Below are positions 1-16,950 of a stretch of 64,000 nucleotides of DNA, piece by piece. The stretch lies in NCBI RefSeq assembly GCF_009914755.1, contig NC_060925.1. One strand, written 5' to 3'. The notes under the pieces are model-generated. The model saw nothing but the letters and a program-made list of their open reading frames with translations, did not search any database and had not been told where the DNA came from. Made by a program: the position numbers and the translations under genes. How positions within the stretch are numbered: position 1 is the first letter of the stretch; each line of letters starts with the position of its first letter. This DNA comes from the human T2T-CHM13v2.0 reference genome, Homo sapiens.

Positions 1-1309
1 TAACAATATAAAATGTCTGAAATAATAAATATTACAGACCTTCCATACTGCTCATTATGATTACCTGAGTTGGAGTTATTTTCAGAGGATCATAAATACA
101 TTCTATCTACCTTTAGATTTCTTGTTATAATTTCAAGTGCACTAAGGTTCAAAGAAAAATTAGACTGAGTCTTTTACACAAAACCACTTTAATTTTTATT
201 TAAAAAAGGACAAAAAGATAAAAAGGGGTAAGTAGAGAAAGCTGGGTAAAGAAAATACATTCAACTAGAATTAAAATGTTAGAAGATAGTAAATAAGTAC
301 GTTCCCTTGAGCACATGGTAGAATATGAGTAGTTGCATCAAGAAAAGGCTATGATGTTTTAAGGAAAAAGTTCCTATGCTGGAGGAGAAGAAAAAGATAG
401 TTAAAGTCTATGTTAAAATTCACTCAACTCTGAACTTTAAAACAACAGTTATCAAAGAAGAGAAAAATTAGAGGACTACACCACCAGTCAATTCATTGGA
501 GGAATTCATATTCATTGAAGGAGTTCAAAAAAATAAGTAGGAATAAGTTAAGCTAGAATCCCTTAAGGTTATGGATCTCACCATGAGTCAGCTGACCGTT
601 ACCTACTACTAGTTAATATCTAAACAAACAGACCTTCTGTTGTAACAGTGCATCAGTCATTATCCACTTACATAAAACATCAACACTGATTATCATTAAA
701 ATTCCATGCATGGTATGAAAAGGAGTGAAAAAATGTGAAGATAACTGACTTACATGAAAATCCCAGCACTATTTGGGTTGTTCACTAATAATCCACGTGT
801 AAAGATGCTGCAGCTTATACTTACCCAGACTCTAAGAATCTCTCTGCCTAAAATCCTTCTTATTCTTCTTTATTCTATTATACTGGCTCCTTTTAAAAGA
901 TCCCACATTTTTTGTTTCTATTTTTTATTTCTTGCCATCACTTTAAAACATCTGAACTGTGCTGTCTTTATCACAGACTTTATCTTTTTCTTCTTATGAA
1001 GTACAGCAATTTCTTCCTTCAAACATCACAATCTTTACTTGATGGAACTACTCAACCCCTCCCATGTGCTCAAAGAAGCCACAGTTATTTACTATCTTTT
1101 AAATTTTTATTTGGTAATTTGTAAATATGAATACCCTAATTTTCAACCCTCCACTAAGCAGATATGGGATATCAGGCTCTTTTCTCAATTTCAAAAGCAT
1201 AAAGGACTTAGACCGTCAGATTTCAAGGTTTACTGTAAAATTCCAATGACCAAGTTTTGGAGAAAGGACAGACATAGATCAACAGAACAGAGTCCAAGAA
1301 AAGACCCAT

Positions 1310-1310
<1 letters not shown>

Positions 1311-1382
<72 letters not shown>

Positions 1383-1386
1383 TAGA
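1311..1386 (+). repeat. Compound STR (TAGA)11(CAGA)7 TAGA
   Basis: Counted directly. Confidence 0.97.
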
Positions 1387-1811
1387 TCCACAGTCACTTA
1401 ATTTTTGATGAAGGCATCAGACAAGTCAGTGGGGAAAGGAAAGACTTTTCAAAAAATTATGTTGAAACAATTGTCTGCATGGGAGAAAAATTAACAATGA
1501 CCCTTACATCACATCATACATAAAAATCTGAAAAATGAACAACAAACCTAGATGTAAAAGCTAAATCTATAAAACCTGCAGGAGAAATCATAAGAGAAAA
1601 TCTGGTTAGGCAAATATTTCTTAGATATGACACCAAAAACAATCACAATTCATAAAACAACTAATAAACTGGACTTTATCAAAATTTAAAACTTTTGTTC
1701 TTCAAAGACAATGTTAGGAGAATGAAAAGGCAAGCCACAGACTGGCAGAAACCATTTGCAAAGCACATATCTTAAAAAGGACTTGTGCAGGGCTTAACCC
1801 TACAAATTACA

Positions 1812-2052
1812 GGGCTCACATCTGTAATCCCAGCATTTGGGAGGCCAAGGCAGGAGGATCACTTGAGGCCAGGAGTTTAAGACCAGCCTGGGCAACATCG
1901 CAAGAACTCATCTCTAAAGAAAAAAAAAATTTTTGTTTTTGTTTTTGTTTTTGTTTCATCAAGGCAGGAAGATCGCCGGAGCCCAGGAGTTCAAGGCTGC
2001 AGTGAGCTATGATCATGCCACTGTACTCCAGCCTGGGCAACAAAGCAAGATC
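1812..2052 (+). mobile_element. AluJ-like element, rearranged middle with (TTTTTG)n
   Basis: Alu left and right arm motifs; flanking aggacttgt repeat. Confidence 0.85.
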
Positions 2053-2295
2053 CACCTCACTGTGGGTGGAGGGGATGAACCAACAGGACTTGTATCCAGA
2101 AAATATAAAGAACTCTCAAAACTCAATGAGATGAGAAAACCCATTTTTTTAAAGGGCGAAAGACTTGAACAGGTACTTCAACAAATAAAATATAGCAAAG
2201 ATTCAGAGGAGCCGAGGGCAGGAGCCGGATGGGGCCAGGAGGACGGGAGCAGGCTCAGGGTCCCGATGCCGGTGGGAGGAAAGGCAGGAGTGGGA

Positions 2296-2400
2296 GCCAG
2301 GGGATGGGACCCTGAGGAGGGGGGTGCAAGGCCAGAGGATGGGACCCTGAGGAGGGGGGTGCAAGGCCAGGGGACAGAACCCTAAAGAGGGGTTGCAAAG
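2296..2400 (+). repeat. 35-bp G-rich minisatellite, 3 units
   Basis: gccaggggatgggaccctgaggaggggggtgcaag at 2296, 2331 (1 mismatch) and 2366 (diverged). Confidence 0.9.
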
Positions 2401-3055
2401 AAAAAGGATTCATAAGAAAAGATGCTAAACATCATTAGTTATTAGGGAAATGCAAATTAAAACTACACTGAGATATCACTACACACCTACCAAAAAGGCT
2501 AATTGAAAGACTGACCATACTAAATGTTCACAAGCATATGGAGCAAATGGAACTCTTACATACTGCTGGTGGGAGTTTAAAAAGGCATAACTGCTTTAAG
2601 GACAACGGCTTGGCAGTTTCTTAAACATACACCTACAATATGGCAGTCATTTCACCCCCAGGTATTTAGCCAAAAACTGAAAACAATCCAAATATCCATC
2701 AACAGGAGAATGAATAAACAAACTGTTGTGAATATACCCAATGGAATAAAAAGGAATGAACTGCTGATGCATGCAGCAACACAGATAAATCTCAAAATAA
2801 TGAAACAAAACCCAGATAAAAATAAGAATACATATTGTATGATACCATTTATGTAAAAATCTAGAAAATGCAAATATATAATAAGGAACAGAAAAGCAGA
2901 TCAGTAGATACCTTGCAGACAGAGGGACAGCAAGGAAGAACTTCACAGAAGCACTTCTGGCAACTGTTGGGAATGACGGGTATGTTCACCACATTGATGT
3001 GGTGATGATTTATGTGTGTATGTATTTGTCAGACTTATAAAATTGTACTATGTCA

Positions 3056-3780
<725 letters not shown>

Positions 3781-4675
3781 TGAAAAGCAATAATAATAAT
3801 CCTCCTTCCTGAATTTATTTTAAGCATACTGGGTTCTTCTTGATATCAATAGCAAAAAAAAATTTGTGCTGCGAGGTAAAGCATGAATGAGTATCTCCAT
3901 TTCATATGGCTTCCAATCCAGTCTCACGAGCTTCTCTTAGTTTTCTATTTCTTGAATTATCTATAGACCTATCTTGCACTATACTAAGAAGCACTATCTT
4001 TTTCTCAGCCTCTATTTACTCAGATAGTCTCGTCTTTCCATAACTCCATGCTTTGTGCTTTTTAACATAGCTGATACATCATTTTGCAAGCTCCATATAT
4101 ATGTGAGACTGGCAAGGTGTTAATAAAACTGTGAAGAAATGGATCCCTACACTAAAAGCCCCATTCAGATCTAACCTTCAAAAGAGACCCAGCCAAACAC
4201 TTATCCATCAGGTTCTCAAGTAAGCACTAGTAGGGGGTGGAATAATCTTTTTGTTTTCCTTTTCTTTTGTTGCTTTTGTGGACTCTTGAACACTAGTAAG
4301 GACGTAAGTATTCAATATATATTTGTCAGATTGAATAGAATTGAGGCAGGAGTCCAATTCCAAATCCACAATTATAAGGATACTCTGGATGTTCTAATAC
4401 AAAGCTGGGAATCAAGTCTCCCATTCAATACCCAATGATCATAAGGAATCCTAAAATTATCCTCTCTTGAAATCCTTTCTCAACCAAAAGTGGATACATG
4501 CTGCTTTGTCTCAAACGCTTTCTGTAGTGTTTTGCCTAGCTCATACCAATGCCCTTTCTCAGAGGTGTCTCCATCCCCAGGGCTCTGAATGTTGTACTAT
4601 ACTTTGTCCGTACCAGTAATACAGGAACAAATTAAAGGATCTGAACCAAGGGTGCTACCTGATTCAAGCTGTTTA

Positions 4676-5192
<517 letters not shown>

Positions 5193-5794
5193 CTAACAGT
5201 ATTTCATCAATTCTTAGTTCCATTTCAAGAGAATAAACTATCCTTGTATTCTGTAAAATACAACCATGTTTTCTAAATTCATTCCATAAATTCTTTTTAT
5301 TTTTTGCTTGATGTATCCAGAGTTAGTTTTCTTGAAACCAAGCGAAGCTTTTTTAAAACTTTAGATTCAGGGGGTAAACATACATGTTTGTTACATGGGT
5401 ATATTGCATATTGGTGGAGACTGGGCTTCTAGTGTACCCACAATCCAAAGAGTGAACATTATACCCAACATGTAATTTTTCAACCCTCATCCTCCTCCCA
5501 CCCTCCCCCCGGTGGACTCTTCAGTGTCTATTATTTCCATCTTTATGTACATGCATACCTATTATTTAGCTTCCACTTATAAGTGAGAACATGTGGTATT
5601 TGATTTTGTTTCTGAGTTATTTCACTTAGGATAATAACCTCCAACTCCATGTTGCTGAAAAGTACATGATTTCATTCTTTTCTATGCTGCATAGTACTCC
5701 ATGGTATCTGTATACTACACTTTATTCAGTCAACTGCTGATGAACAGTTAGGTTGCTTCCATGACTTTGCTGTTATGAATAGTGTTGAACATGA

Positions 5795-6113
<319 letters not shown>

Positions 6114-8237
6114 GGTGTCTTTTGTATATAGTGATTTATTTTATTTTGGGCAGATACCCCCAGTAGTGTGTTTACTGGATCAAAAGGTAGTTCTATTTTT
6201 AGTTCTTTGAGAAATCTCCATAGTTTTCCACAGAGGTTGAACATTCCCGTCAGCAGTGCGTAAGCACTGCCTTTTCTCCACAACCACACCAACATCTGTT
6301 ATTTTTTGGCTTTTTAACAGCAATTCTGACTGGTATAAGATGGTATCTCATTGTGATTTTAATTTGCATTTCTCTGATGATTAGTAATGTTGAGTATTTT
6401 TTTCAAGTGTTTGTTGGCACTTGTATTTCTTCAAGAAATGTCTCATGTCCTCTGCCTAGTTTTTAAAAGAAGCTGTTTTTTCCCCGTTATTAGAGTTCCG
6501 TGTAGATTCTGATGTTCATCCTTTCTGAAAGTAATCATTTGCAAACATTTTCTCCCATTCTATAGGCTGTTTAATCTGTTGAGTATTTCTTTTGCTGTGA
6601 AGCTTTAGTTTAATTAAGTCTCATTTGTCTATTTTTGTCTTCCTCATAAATTCTTCGCCTAGGCCAACATCCAAGAGTTCTTCCTAAGTTTTCTTCTAGG
6701 ACTTTTATAGTTTAAGGTCTTATGTTCAAGTCTTTAATCCATCCGTCCTGAGTTAATTTTCATACATGGTGAGACACAAGGGTCCAGTTTCATTCTTTTG
6801 CATATGGCTAGCCAATATCCCAGCACCATCTATTGAATAGAGTGTTAATGTCCTTTCTCCACTGTTTATTTTCATCAGCTTTGTCAAAGATCAGTTGGTT
6901 GTAGGTATGTGGCTTTATTTCTAGGCTCTCTATTCTGTTCCACTGATCTCTATGCATATTTTTGTACCACTATCATGCTGCTTTAGTTACTATAGCCTTG
7001 TAGTATAATTTGAAGTCAGGCAATCTGATGCCTCTGAATTTGTTCCTTTTGCTTAGGATCGCTCTGGCTGAGTGCTTTTTTGATTCCATATGCACTCCAG
7101 TGCTGTTTTTCTAATTCTGTGAAAACTGATGTTAGTAATTTGAAAGGAATTTCATTGAATCTGTAGATTGCTTTGAATAGTATGGTCATTTTTGTGATAT
7201 TGATTCTTCCAATCCAACAGCACAAAATGTTTTGCCATTTGTTTGTGTCATCTGCAATTTCTTCCATTGGTGTTATATAGTTCTCCTCGTAAAGATCTTT
7301 CACCTCCTTGGTTAAATGTATTCCTAGGGGTGTGCGGGTGTGGGTGTGTGTGTGTGTCTACTGTAAATGGGATTGGGTTCTTGATTTGGTTATCAGCTTC
7401 AAAGTTATTTATAGAAATGCTACTGATCATTGTACATTGATTTTGTATCCTGAAACTTCAACGAAGTCTAGGAGTCTTTAGACTTTTCTAAGTATACAGT
7501 CATGTTATCAGGAAACTTCCTCTTTTCCAATTTGGATGCCTTTTATTTCTTTCTCTTGCCTAATTGCTCTGGCTAGGATTTCCAGTACTATGTTGAACAA
7601 GAGTGGTGAGAGTGGACATCCTTGTCTTGTTCCTGTTCTTAAGGAGAATGTTTTCAACTTCTCCCTTTCAACATGATGTTGTCTGTAGGTTTGTCATATA
7701 TAGCTATTATTTTAAGGTACATACCTCCAGTGCCTAGTTTATTGAGGGTTGTTATGAAGCGATGTTGGATTTTATCAAATCACTTTTCTGCATCTATGGA
7801 GATAATCATACAGTTTTGGGGTTTGGTTCTATTTATGTGGTGAATCATGTTTATTGATTTGCATATGCTTAAACATTCTTGCATCCCTGGAATAAAACCC
7901 ACTTGATCATGATTTATTATCTTTTTGATGTGCTGTCGGATTCAGCATTTGTTGAGGATTTTTGCACCTATGTTCATTAGGGATATTGGCCTGTGGTTTT
8001 CTTTTCTGGTTGTGTCCTTGCCTGACTTTGGTATCTGGTGTCCTCACCTGACTTTGATACTGGTGTCCTCACCTGACTTTGATACTGGTTTTGTAGAATG
8101 AGTTAGAAAGGAATTACTCCTCCTCAATTTTCTGAAATAGTTTCAGTATTCTTTCCTAAATACCAGCTTTTCTTTATATGTCTGGCAAAATTCAGCTACA
8201 AATCTATCTGGTCCTGGCCTTTTTTGTTGTTAGAAGG

Positions 8238-8599
8238 TAATAAGGTTTGGCTGTGTCCCTACCCAAATCTCACCTCGTAGTTCCCCTAACTCCCATGTGT
8301 CATGGGAGGGTTCAGTGGCAGGTAATTGAATCATGGGGGCAGTTACCCTCATACTGTTCTCTTGATAGTAAGTTCTCACGAGATCTGATGGTTTTACAAG
8401 GGGCTTCCCTCCACTTTGCTCAGCACTTCTCCTTCCTGCCGCCATGTGAAGAACATGTCTGCTTCCCCTTCTGCCATGATTATAAGCTTCCTGAGGCTTC
8501 CCCAGCCCTGTGGAACTGTGAGTCAACTAAACCTCTTTCCTTTATAAATTACCCAGTCTCAGGTAGTTCTTTATATCAGCATGAGAACAGACTAATACA
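8238..8599 (+). mobile_element. THE1 (MaLR) solo LTR inserted in L1
   Basis: ggtttggctgtgtcc...gaacagactaataca, ~360 bp; 5-bp TSD gaagg/gaagt. Confidence 0.9.
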
Positions 8600-9912
8600 G
8601 AAGTTTTCCTTTATTACTGATTGAATTTTGTTACTTGTTATTGGTCTGTTCAGGATTCACATTTCTTCCTGGTTCAATCTTGCGAGGTTGTATCTTTCCA
8701 GGAATTTGTGCATTTCCCCCAGCTATTTCTAGTTTATGAGCACAGAAATGTTCACAGCAGTCTCTGATGATCTTTTGTATTTCTGTGGTGTCAGGTGTAA
8801 TGTTGTCTTTATCATTTCTGCTTATATTTAAAACTTTTTTTTTTCTTGGTTAACTTAGCTAGCAGGCTGTCAATTTTGTGTATCCTTTCAAAGAACCAAC
8901 TTTTTGTTTCACTTATCCTTTGTATCATTTTTTTATCTCATTTAGGTCTGCTCTGATCTTTGCTCTTTTCTTCTGCTAGCTTTTTGTGTGGTTTGTTATT
9001 TTTCTAGTTCCTTGATGTATGGTGGTAGCTTGAGATCTTCCTATCTTTTTAATGTGGGCATTTAACGCTATAAACTTTCCTCTTAGCACTGTCTTTGCTG
9101 TATCCCAGAGGTTTTAGTATGCTGTGTCTCCATTTTCATTTATTTCAAAATTGTTTTCAATTTCCGCCTTAATTGCATGTTTACCCAAAGTTCATTCAGG
9201 AGCATGTTGTTTAGTTTCCATCTACTTGAATAGTTTTAAGAGTCCCTCTTGGTATTTGATTTCTAATTTTATTCCACTGTGCTCCAAAAAGATACTTGAT
9301 CTGATTTCAGTATTTTGGAATGTATTGAGACTTGCTTTAATGGCCAAGCATATGGTCAATTTTGGAGAATGTTCCACGTGCAGATGAGATTAATGTATGT
9401 TCTATAAATGTCTATTAGGTCCATCTGGTCTACAGTTTAGGTCCAGAATTTTTCGAATTTCTGCCTCAGTGATCTGAATAGTGATGTCAGTGAGGTGTTG
9501 ATGTTCTCCACTATTATTGTATTGCTATCAATCTGTTTGCTTTGGCCTAGCAGTATTTATGAATCTGGGTGCTCTGGTGTGGAGTGCATATATATTTAGG
9601 ATAGTTAAATCTTCTTGTTGTATCAAACCCTTTATCATTATATAATGCTCATCTTTTTTTTTTTTTTACTGTTATTGGTTTGAAGTTTATCTGATACGAG
9701 AATGGATACTACTGCTGGCATTTGTTTTCCATTTGCATGATAAATCTTTTTTCACCTCTTTGAGTCTGTAACTGTCTTTAACCAGTGTGTGTGGGGGGGT
9801 CTCTTGCTGGCAGCAGATGGTTGGGTCTTTTTTTTTTTTTTTTAATTTGCCACTCTGTATGTTTTAAGCGGAGCATTTAGGCCATTTACATTCAAGGTTA
9901 ATATTGATATGT

Positions 9913-10533
<621 letters not shown>

Positions 10534-10773
10534 TCACAGTATTGTTAGCTGCCTTAGAGTTTCAACTATATAACTGCTTTATAGACTCGGTGAGCTTTTT
10601 ATTTTTATGATGGTAAGTACTGTCCTTTCGTTAACATGCTTAGAACTCCTTTCAGTATTTCTTATACGATCAGTATAGTGATGATGAATTCCCTTCACAC
10701 TTGTTTGTCTGGGAAAGACTTTATTTCTCCTTCATGTACAAAGCTTATTTTTTTGGCAGGATATAAAATTCTT

Positions 10774-11073
10774 GGCCGGTGGTTGTGCACGGTGGCTCAC
10801 ACCTGTAATCCCAGTATGTTGAGAGGCCAAGGCGGGTGGATCGCTTGAGCTCAGGAGTTTAAGACCAGTTTGAGCAACACAGCAAAACCTTGTCTCTACA
10901 AAAAACACAAGAAAATTAGCCGGGCATGGTGGCATGTGCTTGTAGTCCCAGCTACTTGGGAGGCTGAGCAAGAGGATCACCTGAGCCTAGGAGGTAAAGG
11001 CTGTGGTGAGCTGTGATCACGCCACTGTACTCCAGGTCTGGCCAGCAGACTGAGACCCTGTCCAAAAAACAAA
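10774..11073 (+). mobile_element. AluJ
   Basis: Full Alu; TSD aattctt. Confidence 0.9.
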
Positions 11074-11486
11074 ATTAATTCTTGGCTGGTAATTTTTTCT
11101 TTAAGGCCGCTAAAAATAGGCCCCCAATCTCTTCCAGCTGACTTGCAGGGTTTCTGCTGAGAAGTTTGGTGTTAGTTTGATGGGATTTCCCTTATAGGTA
11201 ATCCCTTCTCTCTTGCTACTCTTAGAATTTCTTCTTTTTCCTTCACACTGACTTTGAACAGTCTGATGACTATATGCTTAGATGAGGTTCTTCTTGCAAT
11301 TTATCTTTCAGGAGTTCTCTGAGCTTGTTTCTGGATGTCTAAATCTCTTCCCAGACTAGGGAAGTTTTCCCTATTTACTTCCTGAAATAGCTTTTCTACA
11401 CTTTTTACTTTTTCTTCTGTAGAATATCTATAACCTGTAAGTTTGGATGCTTTATACAATCCCATATTTCTCCAAGACTTTTTCAC

Positions 11487-11787
11487 TTTTTTTTTCTTTT
11501 GAGATGGAGTTTCACTCTGTCACCCAGTCTGGAGTACAGTGGCACCATCTTGGCTCGCCACAACCTCCACCTCCTGGAATCAAGCGATTCTCCTGCCTCA
11601 GCCTCCAAAGCAGCTGCAATTACAGTCACACGCCACAACGCCCTGCTAATTTTTTTTTTGTATTTTTAGTAGAGATGGGGTTTTCACCATGTTGGCCAGG
11701 CTGGTCTCGAACTCCTGACCCTCAAGTGATCCACCCGCCTCCGCCTCCAAAAGTGTTGGGATTACAGGCATGAGGTACCACACCGGA
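11487..11787 (-). mobile_element. AluS
   Basis: Reverse Alu inside L1 ORF1; flanking ttcactt repeat. Confidence 0.92.
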
Positions 11788-13439
11788 CTTCGTTCACTTA
11801 TTTTACTTCTTTTTTTCTTTAAATTCATCTGACTGGGTTAATTCAAAAGACCTGTCTTCCAGCTCTGAAATTCTTTCTTCTCCTTTCTCTAGACTAGTAT
11901 TAAAGCTTTCAACTATATTTTGTAATTCTTTCAATGAATTTTTCATTTCCAAAAGATGTTTGGGTTTATTTTTAGTGATATCTCCTTTCATATCCCAAAC
12001 TGTTTTTCTGATGTGTGTGTGTTTTCAACTTTCTCTTGGATCTCATTGAGCTTCTTTAAAACCAACATTCTGAATTCTTTATCTTGTATTTCAAAGATTT
12101 TAATTTTGGTTAGGATCCATCGCTGAAGAGTTAGTGTGATCCTTCTGGAGCATTGTTAACACACTTTTTTCATAGTTTCAGAGTTGTTCCTCTGGTTGCT
12201 TCTCATCTAGATAAGCCGTCTCTCCTTATTTTTTGAATTTGCTTTCATTTGGATGTGATTTTTCTCCCCTTCAGAAGGTGTCTATAATATATGTTGCGTA
12301 GGGTCTTTTGGCTTTAGTTCTGGGTGCTTTCAGTGGCAAAGAGTCTGCATTAAGTTCCATGGTTGTAGACAGCCTTTGAATGGTAGTTTTCCCAAATGCT
12401 GGTTATATCAGTGATGTACTGGGCACGTGAGCAGGCTTACTGCATCTTGTGGGGCCAGGGTGGTGGAGGTCTCAGGAAGTTTATCTAGATCCCTAGTGCT
12501 GCACACTTGTGTCAGCAGATTTTCTACTGTGTCATGCAATTAAACTTCCAGGTCAGTTGGTGGCACTCACAGGTTAAGAGCCAGCTGAAGCCATTGTAGA
12601 TGGGTATATATGTGATCCTTGTTTACAGAGAAGCTCTCTGTTGCCTCAAGCAATGGGGCTGATCTGCAGAATGCACAGGTGTCTGAGCTCCCTGCCCAGC
12701 CCTGGAGCAGGAGACCAAGACAGGTGGGTCCAGACCAGGCAGGCCCACCTACAGGTCTCCCAATAGCAGGGCACAAGCACCAGGTATGGGGGGCAGGGGA
12801 GAGCTGGGGTCCAATGGGCAACCACCAGTTACCCAGAGGTATGCCTAGGCATGGAGCTGGGAAATCTCCACTGCCCCAAGTTCTCTGTATGGCAAGTAGA
12901 GTACAGCCTAAACCCTAATCTAGAAAAGTGGGTGCTCCAAATGCCTAAAGATACATCTCTGCACTAAGTGCCACTGAACCATAAAGCTTGCCTATGATAA
13001 GCTTATTATATCAAATCATTTAATTTTTTTATTTTTCAGTAGTATTATTTTGCACTATATATGCACTGTTAGTAGGCATGTGTTTTATATTTAACTCTTA
13101 GTATATTCAGTGATGTTCTTTATTCCCTATTACCTCTGATATATGATTCCCCCTCATAAAAACTCAAAATTTCTCCATCTCCCTGAAATAAAAAAAAAAA
13201 CCTCCTGTCTTTTGCTAACAAAAGAGCAAAATATTTTATCAATTTTAAACAAGATTTTTTTTTCAATTTTAGTATTCCAAAATTAAAGTGCTGGTTTTCT
13301 ATTACCTTTTTCCACAGTCTCCTACACTGACATTTCTCTTTTTTACTTATTTTTTATAGTACCCTCAATTAAGAAGAATATTGTTTGGCAGACTTCATTT
13401 AAGAAAAAAGCCTGAAATTACAATAAATACTTATAGCCA

Positions 13440-13655
13440 AGAGGCAGTAGAGTTAAATGGTTAAAGCATGGGCACTGGATAAGGACCTATGTATGAATCC
13501 CAGCTCTATCCCTAATTACCTATATATCTTTGAGTTACTTAACTTTACCTCAGTTTCCTCACTTGTGAAGTAAGGATAATAATGTTACTGACCTCATAGA
13601 ATTGTTGGGGGAACTTAATAAACTTAAAGTGCTTAAATAATGCCTGGTCTAATAG
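13440..13655 (+). mobile_element. MIR
   Basis: gaatcccagctct...cctcagtttcctcacttgtgaag...acctcatagaattgttg. Confidence 0.75.
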
Positions 13656-14194
13656 TAAGAAGAGAGAGATGTGAACCTGTATCTACATTATCTTAAGTCT
13701 ATACACCACATCTGCTTTATCAATACCAGTATGCTTCCAGAAATGAGGCAGCAAGAAGGCTTGAAATAAATCTGCCTCCTTCTGGTAGTTCTAAACAGCA
13801 GGGTCATCAATTTCAAGAGGAGGGAAATGAGGAAACAGACGAACGGGAAATTCATCTGGGGCATTCAACTATTTCTATGTGTTCCCTGGCATACGCTAAG
13901 TAGACAAATTAGATCAATAATAAAAGGCATCTTTAAGGAAGAAGCGTTAACAAAAATGAGTGATAAAAAGGGATAAATACAGAAAAATGTGAGCAGAAGT
14001 GATCTCAGGTAGAAGGCATTAAATATCACCAGAAACTACTACAAGTACTACTGTGTCCCAAGCTGTATACATGTGAGAACCATAAAATAAACCCTCTAAT
14101 AAATGTTAGGTAATTCAGAAATGCAGAAAGTGTTCCATTTCAACAAGCCCTAAGAAACAGCAAACCTATTTTGCTTTGACCGAACCAAATTAAC

Positions 14195-16295
14195 GGAAGT
14201 CCTAGCTCAAGTAATCGGACAAGAGAAAAAAATAAAGGGCACACAAATTAGAAAGGAAGAGGTCCAAATTATCCTTGTTTACAGATGATATGATCTTATA
14301 TTTGGAAAAACCTAAAGACTCCACTAAAAAACTACTAGAACTGACAGCTGCAGGAGACAAAAATCAACATACAAAAACCAGAGTTTCTATATGCCAAGAG
14401 TGAACAATCCGAAAAAGAAATCAAGAAAGTAATCTCATTTACAATAGGTACAAATAAAATAAAATACCTAGGAATTAACCAAAGAAGTGAAAGACCTCCA
14501 CAATGAAAACCATCAATTATTTATGAAAGAAGCTGAAGAAGACACCAAGAAAAGGAAAGATAGTCCACGTTCATGGAGTAGAAGAACCAATATTGTTAAA
14601 ATGTACATACTACACAAAGCAAACTAAAGATTCAATGCAATCCCTATCAAAATACCAATGACATTCTTCACAGACATAGAAAAAAAAATCCTAAAATTTA
14701 TACGAAACCACCAAAGACTCAGAATACCCAAAGCTATCCTGAGCAAAAAGAACAAAACTGGGGGAACCACATTACCTGACTTCAAGTTATACTACAGAGC
14801 TATAGTAACCAAAACAGTACGGTACTGGCATAAAAACAGCCATACCAATGGAACAGGATAGAGAACCCAGAAACAAATATATTTATCTACAGTGAACTCA
14901 TTTTTGTCAAAGGTTCCAAGAGCATACAATGGAAAGGACAGTCTCTTCAACAAGGTGCTGGGAAAACTGGATAACCACATGCAGAAGAATGACATTAGAC
15001 CCCTATTCCTTGCCATATACAAAAATCAAACCAAAATGGATTAAAGCCTTAAATCTAAGACCTCAAACTAAACTACTAAAAGAAAACATTGGGGAAACTA
15101 TCCAGGATGTTGGAGTGGGCAAAGATTACTTGAGTTACACCCCACAAGCACAGGCAACCAAAGCGAAAATAGACAAACGGGATCACATCAAGTTAAAAAG
15201 CTTCTGCACAGTAAAGGAAACAATCAACAAAGTTAAGAGACAAGCCACAAAATGGCTGAAAATATCTGCAAACTACCCATTCGACAAAGGATTAATAACC
15301 AGAATATATAAGGAGCTCAAATAACTGTATAGGAGAAAGTTTAATAAGCTGATTTTTAAAATGGGCAAAAGATCTAAATAGGCATTTCTCAAAAGACATA
15401 CAAATGGCAAACAGGTGTATGAAAAAGTGCTCAATGTCACTGATCATCAGGGAAATGCAAATCAAAACTATAGTAACATGTCATCTCACCCCAGATAAAA
15501 TGGCTTTTATCTAAAAGACAGGCAATAACAAATGCTGGAGAGGATGTGGGGAAAAGGGAACACTGGATTTTGTACACTGTTGGTGGGAATGTGTATTAGT
15601 ACAACCACTATGGTGAACAGTTTGGAAGTTCCTCAAAAAAAACTAAAAGTAGAGCTACCATAAGATCCAACAATCCCACTGCTGGGTATATACCCAAAAG
15701 AAGGCAAATCAGTATATTAAAGAGATACCTGTACTCCCATATTGTTTGCAATACTGTTCACAATAGCCAAGATTTGGAAGCATCCTAAGTGTCCATCAAC
15801 AGATGAACAGATAAAATGTGGTACATATATACATGAGATCCTGTCGTTTTCAACATGGATGGAACTGGGGGTCATTATGCTAAGTGAAATAAGCCAGGCA
15901 CAAAAATATAAACTGCATGTCCTCACTTATTTGTGAGAGCTAAAAATGAAAACAACTCGGAGATAGAGAGTAGAAGGATCGTTGGTTACCAGAGGCTGGG
16001 AAGGGTAAGCGGGGTATCAGGGAGAGTGAGAATGGTTAACGGGTACAAAAAAATAAAAGGAGTGACTAAGACCTTGTGTTTGATTGCACAACAGGGTGAC
16101 TACAGTCAGTAATAATTTAATTGTACATTTTTAAATAACTAAAAGAGTGTAATTGGATTCTTTGTAACACAAAAGATAAACACTTGAGGTGATGAATATA
16201 CCCCACTTACGGATGTGATTATGCACTGCATGCCTGTATCAAAATATCTCATGTACCCCATAAATATACATTTTACCCACAAAAATTAAAAACTG
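14195..16295 (+). mobile_element. 5'-truncated L1MA (L1MA2/3-like)
   Basis: ORF2 remnants ([17 protein letters not shown]; [19 protein letters not shown]) and 3'UTR gcatgcctgtatcaaaatatctcatgtacccc. Confidence 0.9.
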
Positions 16296-16527
16296 AAACA
16301 AAAGGAAGTTACAAAAAATAGTCTATTGTTACAATATGTAAAAGAAGTATGTCATATGAGATACATACATATTCACTTCTCTACATAAAGCAAACGATCA
16401 AGGAAAGCCTTTGCTTTTTCAGTAAGCTGTTGCTCTTACTGCATCTGTACTTGGAAATAAAATACAGGTACATCTGAGGATTCAAATCCATCTTATCCAA
16501 ACTCAGGAAACAAAAAGATTCTGCTAA

Positions 16528-16950
<423 letters not shown>

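Noticed and set aside
1933-2385. 150-aa ORF
   Set aside because: Chance read-through of Alu, L1 and the GC-rich insert; no gene structure.
14658-15324. L1 ORF2-like peptides as functional genes
   Set aside because: Fragmented by stops and frameshifts; element is 5'-truncated.
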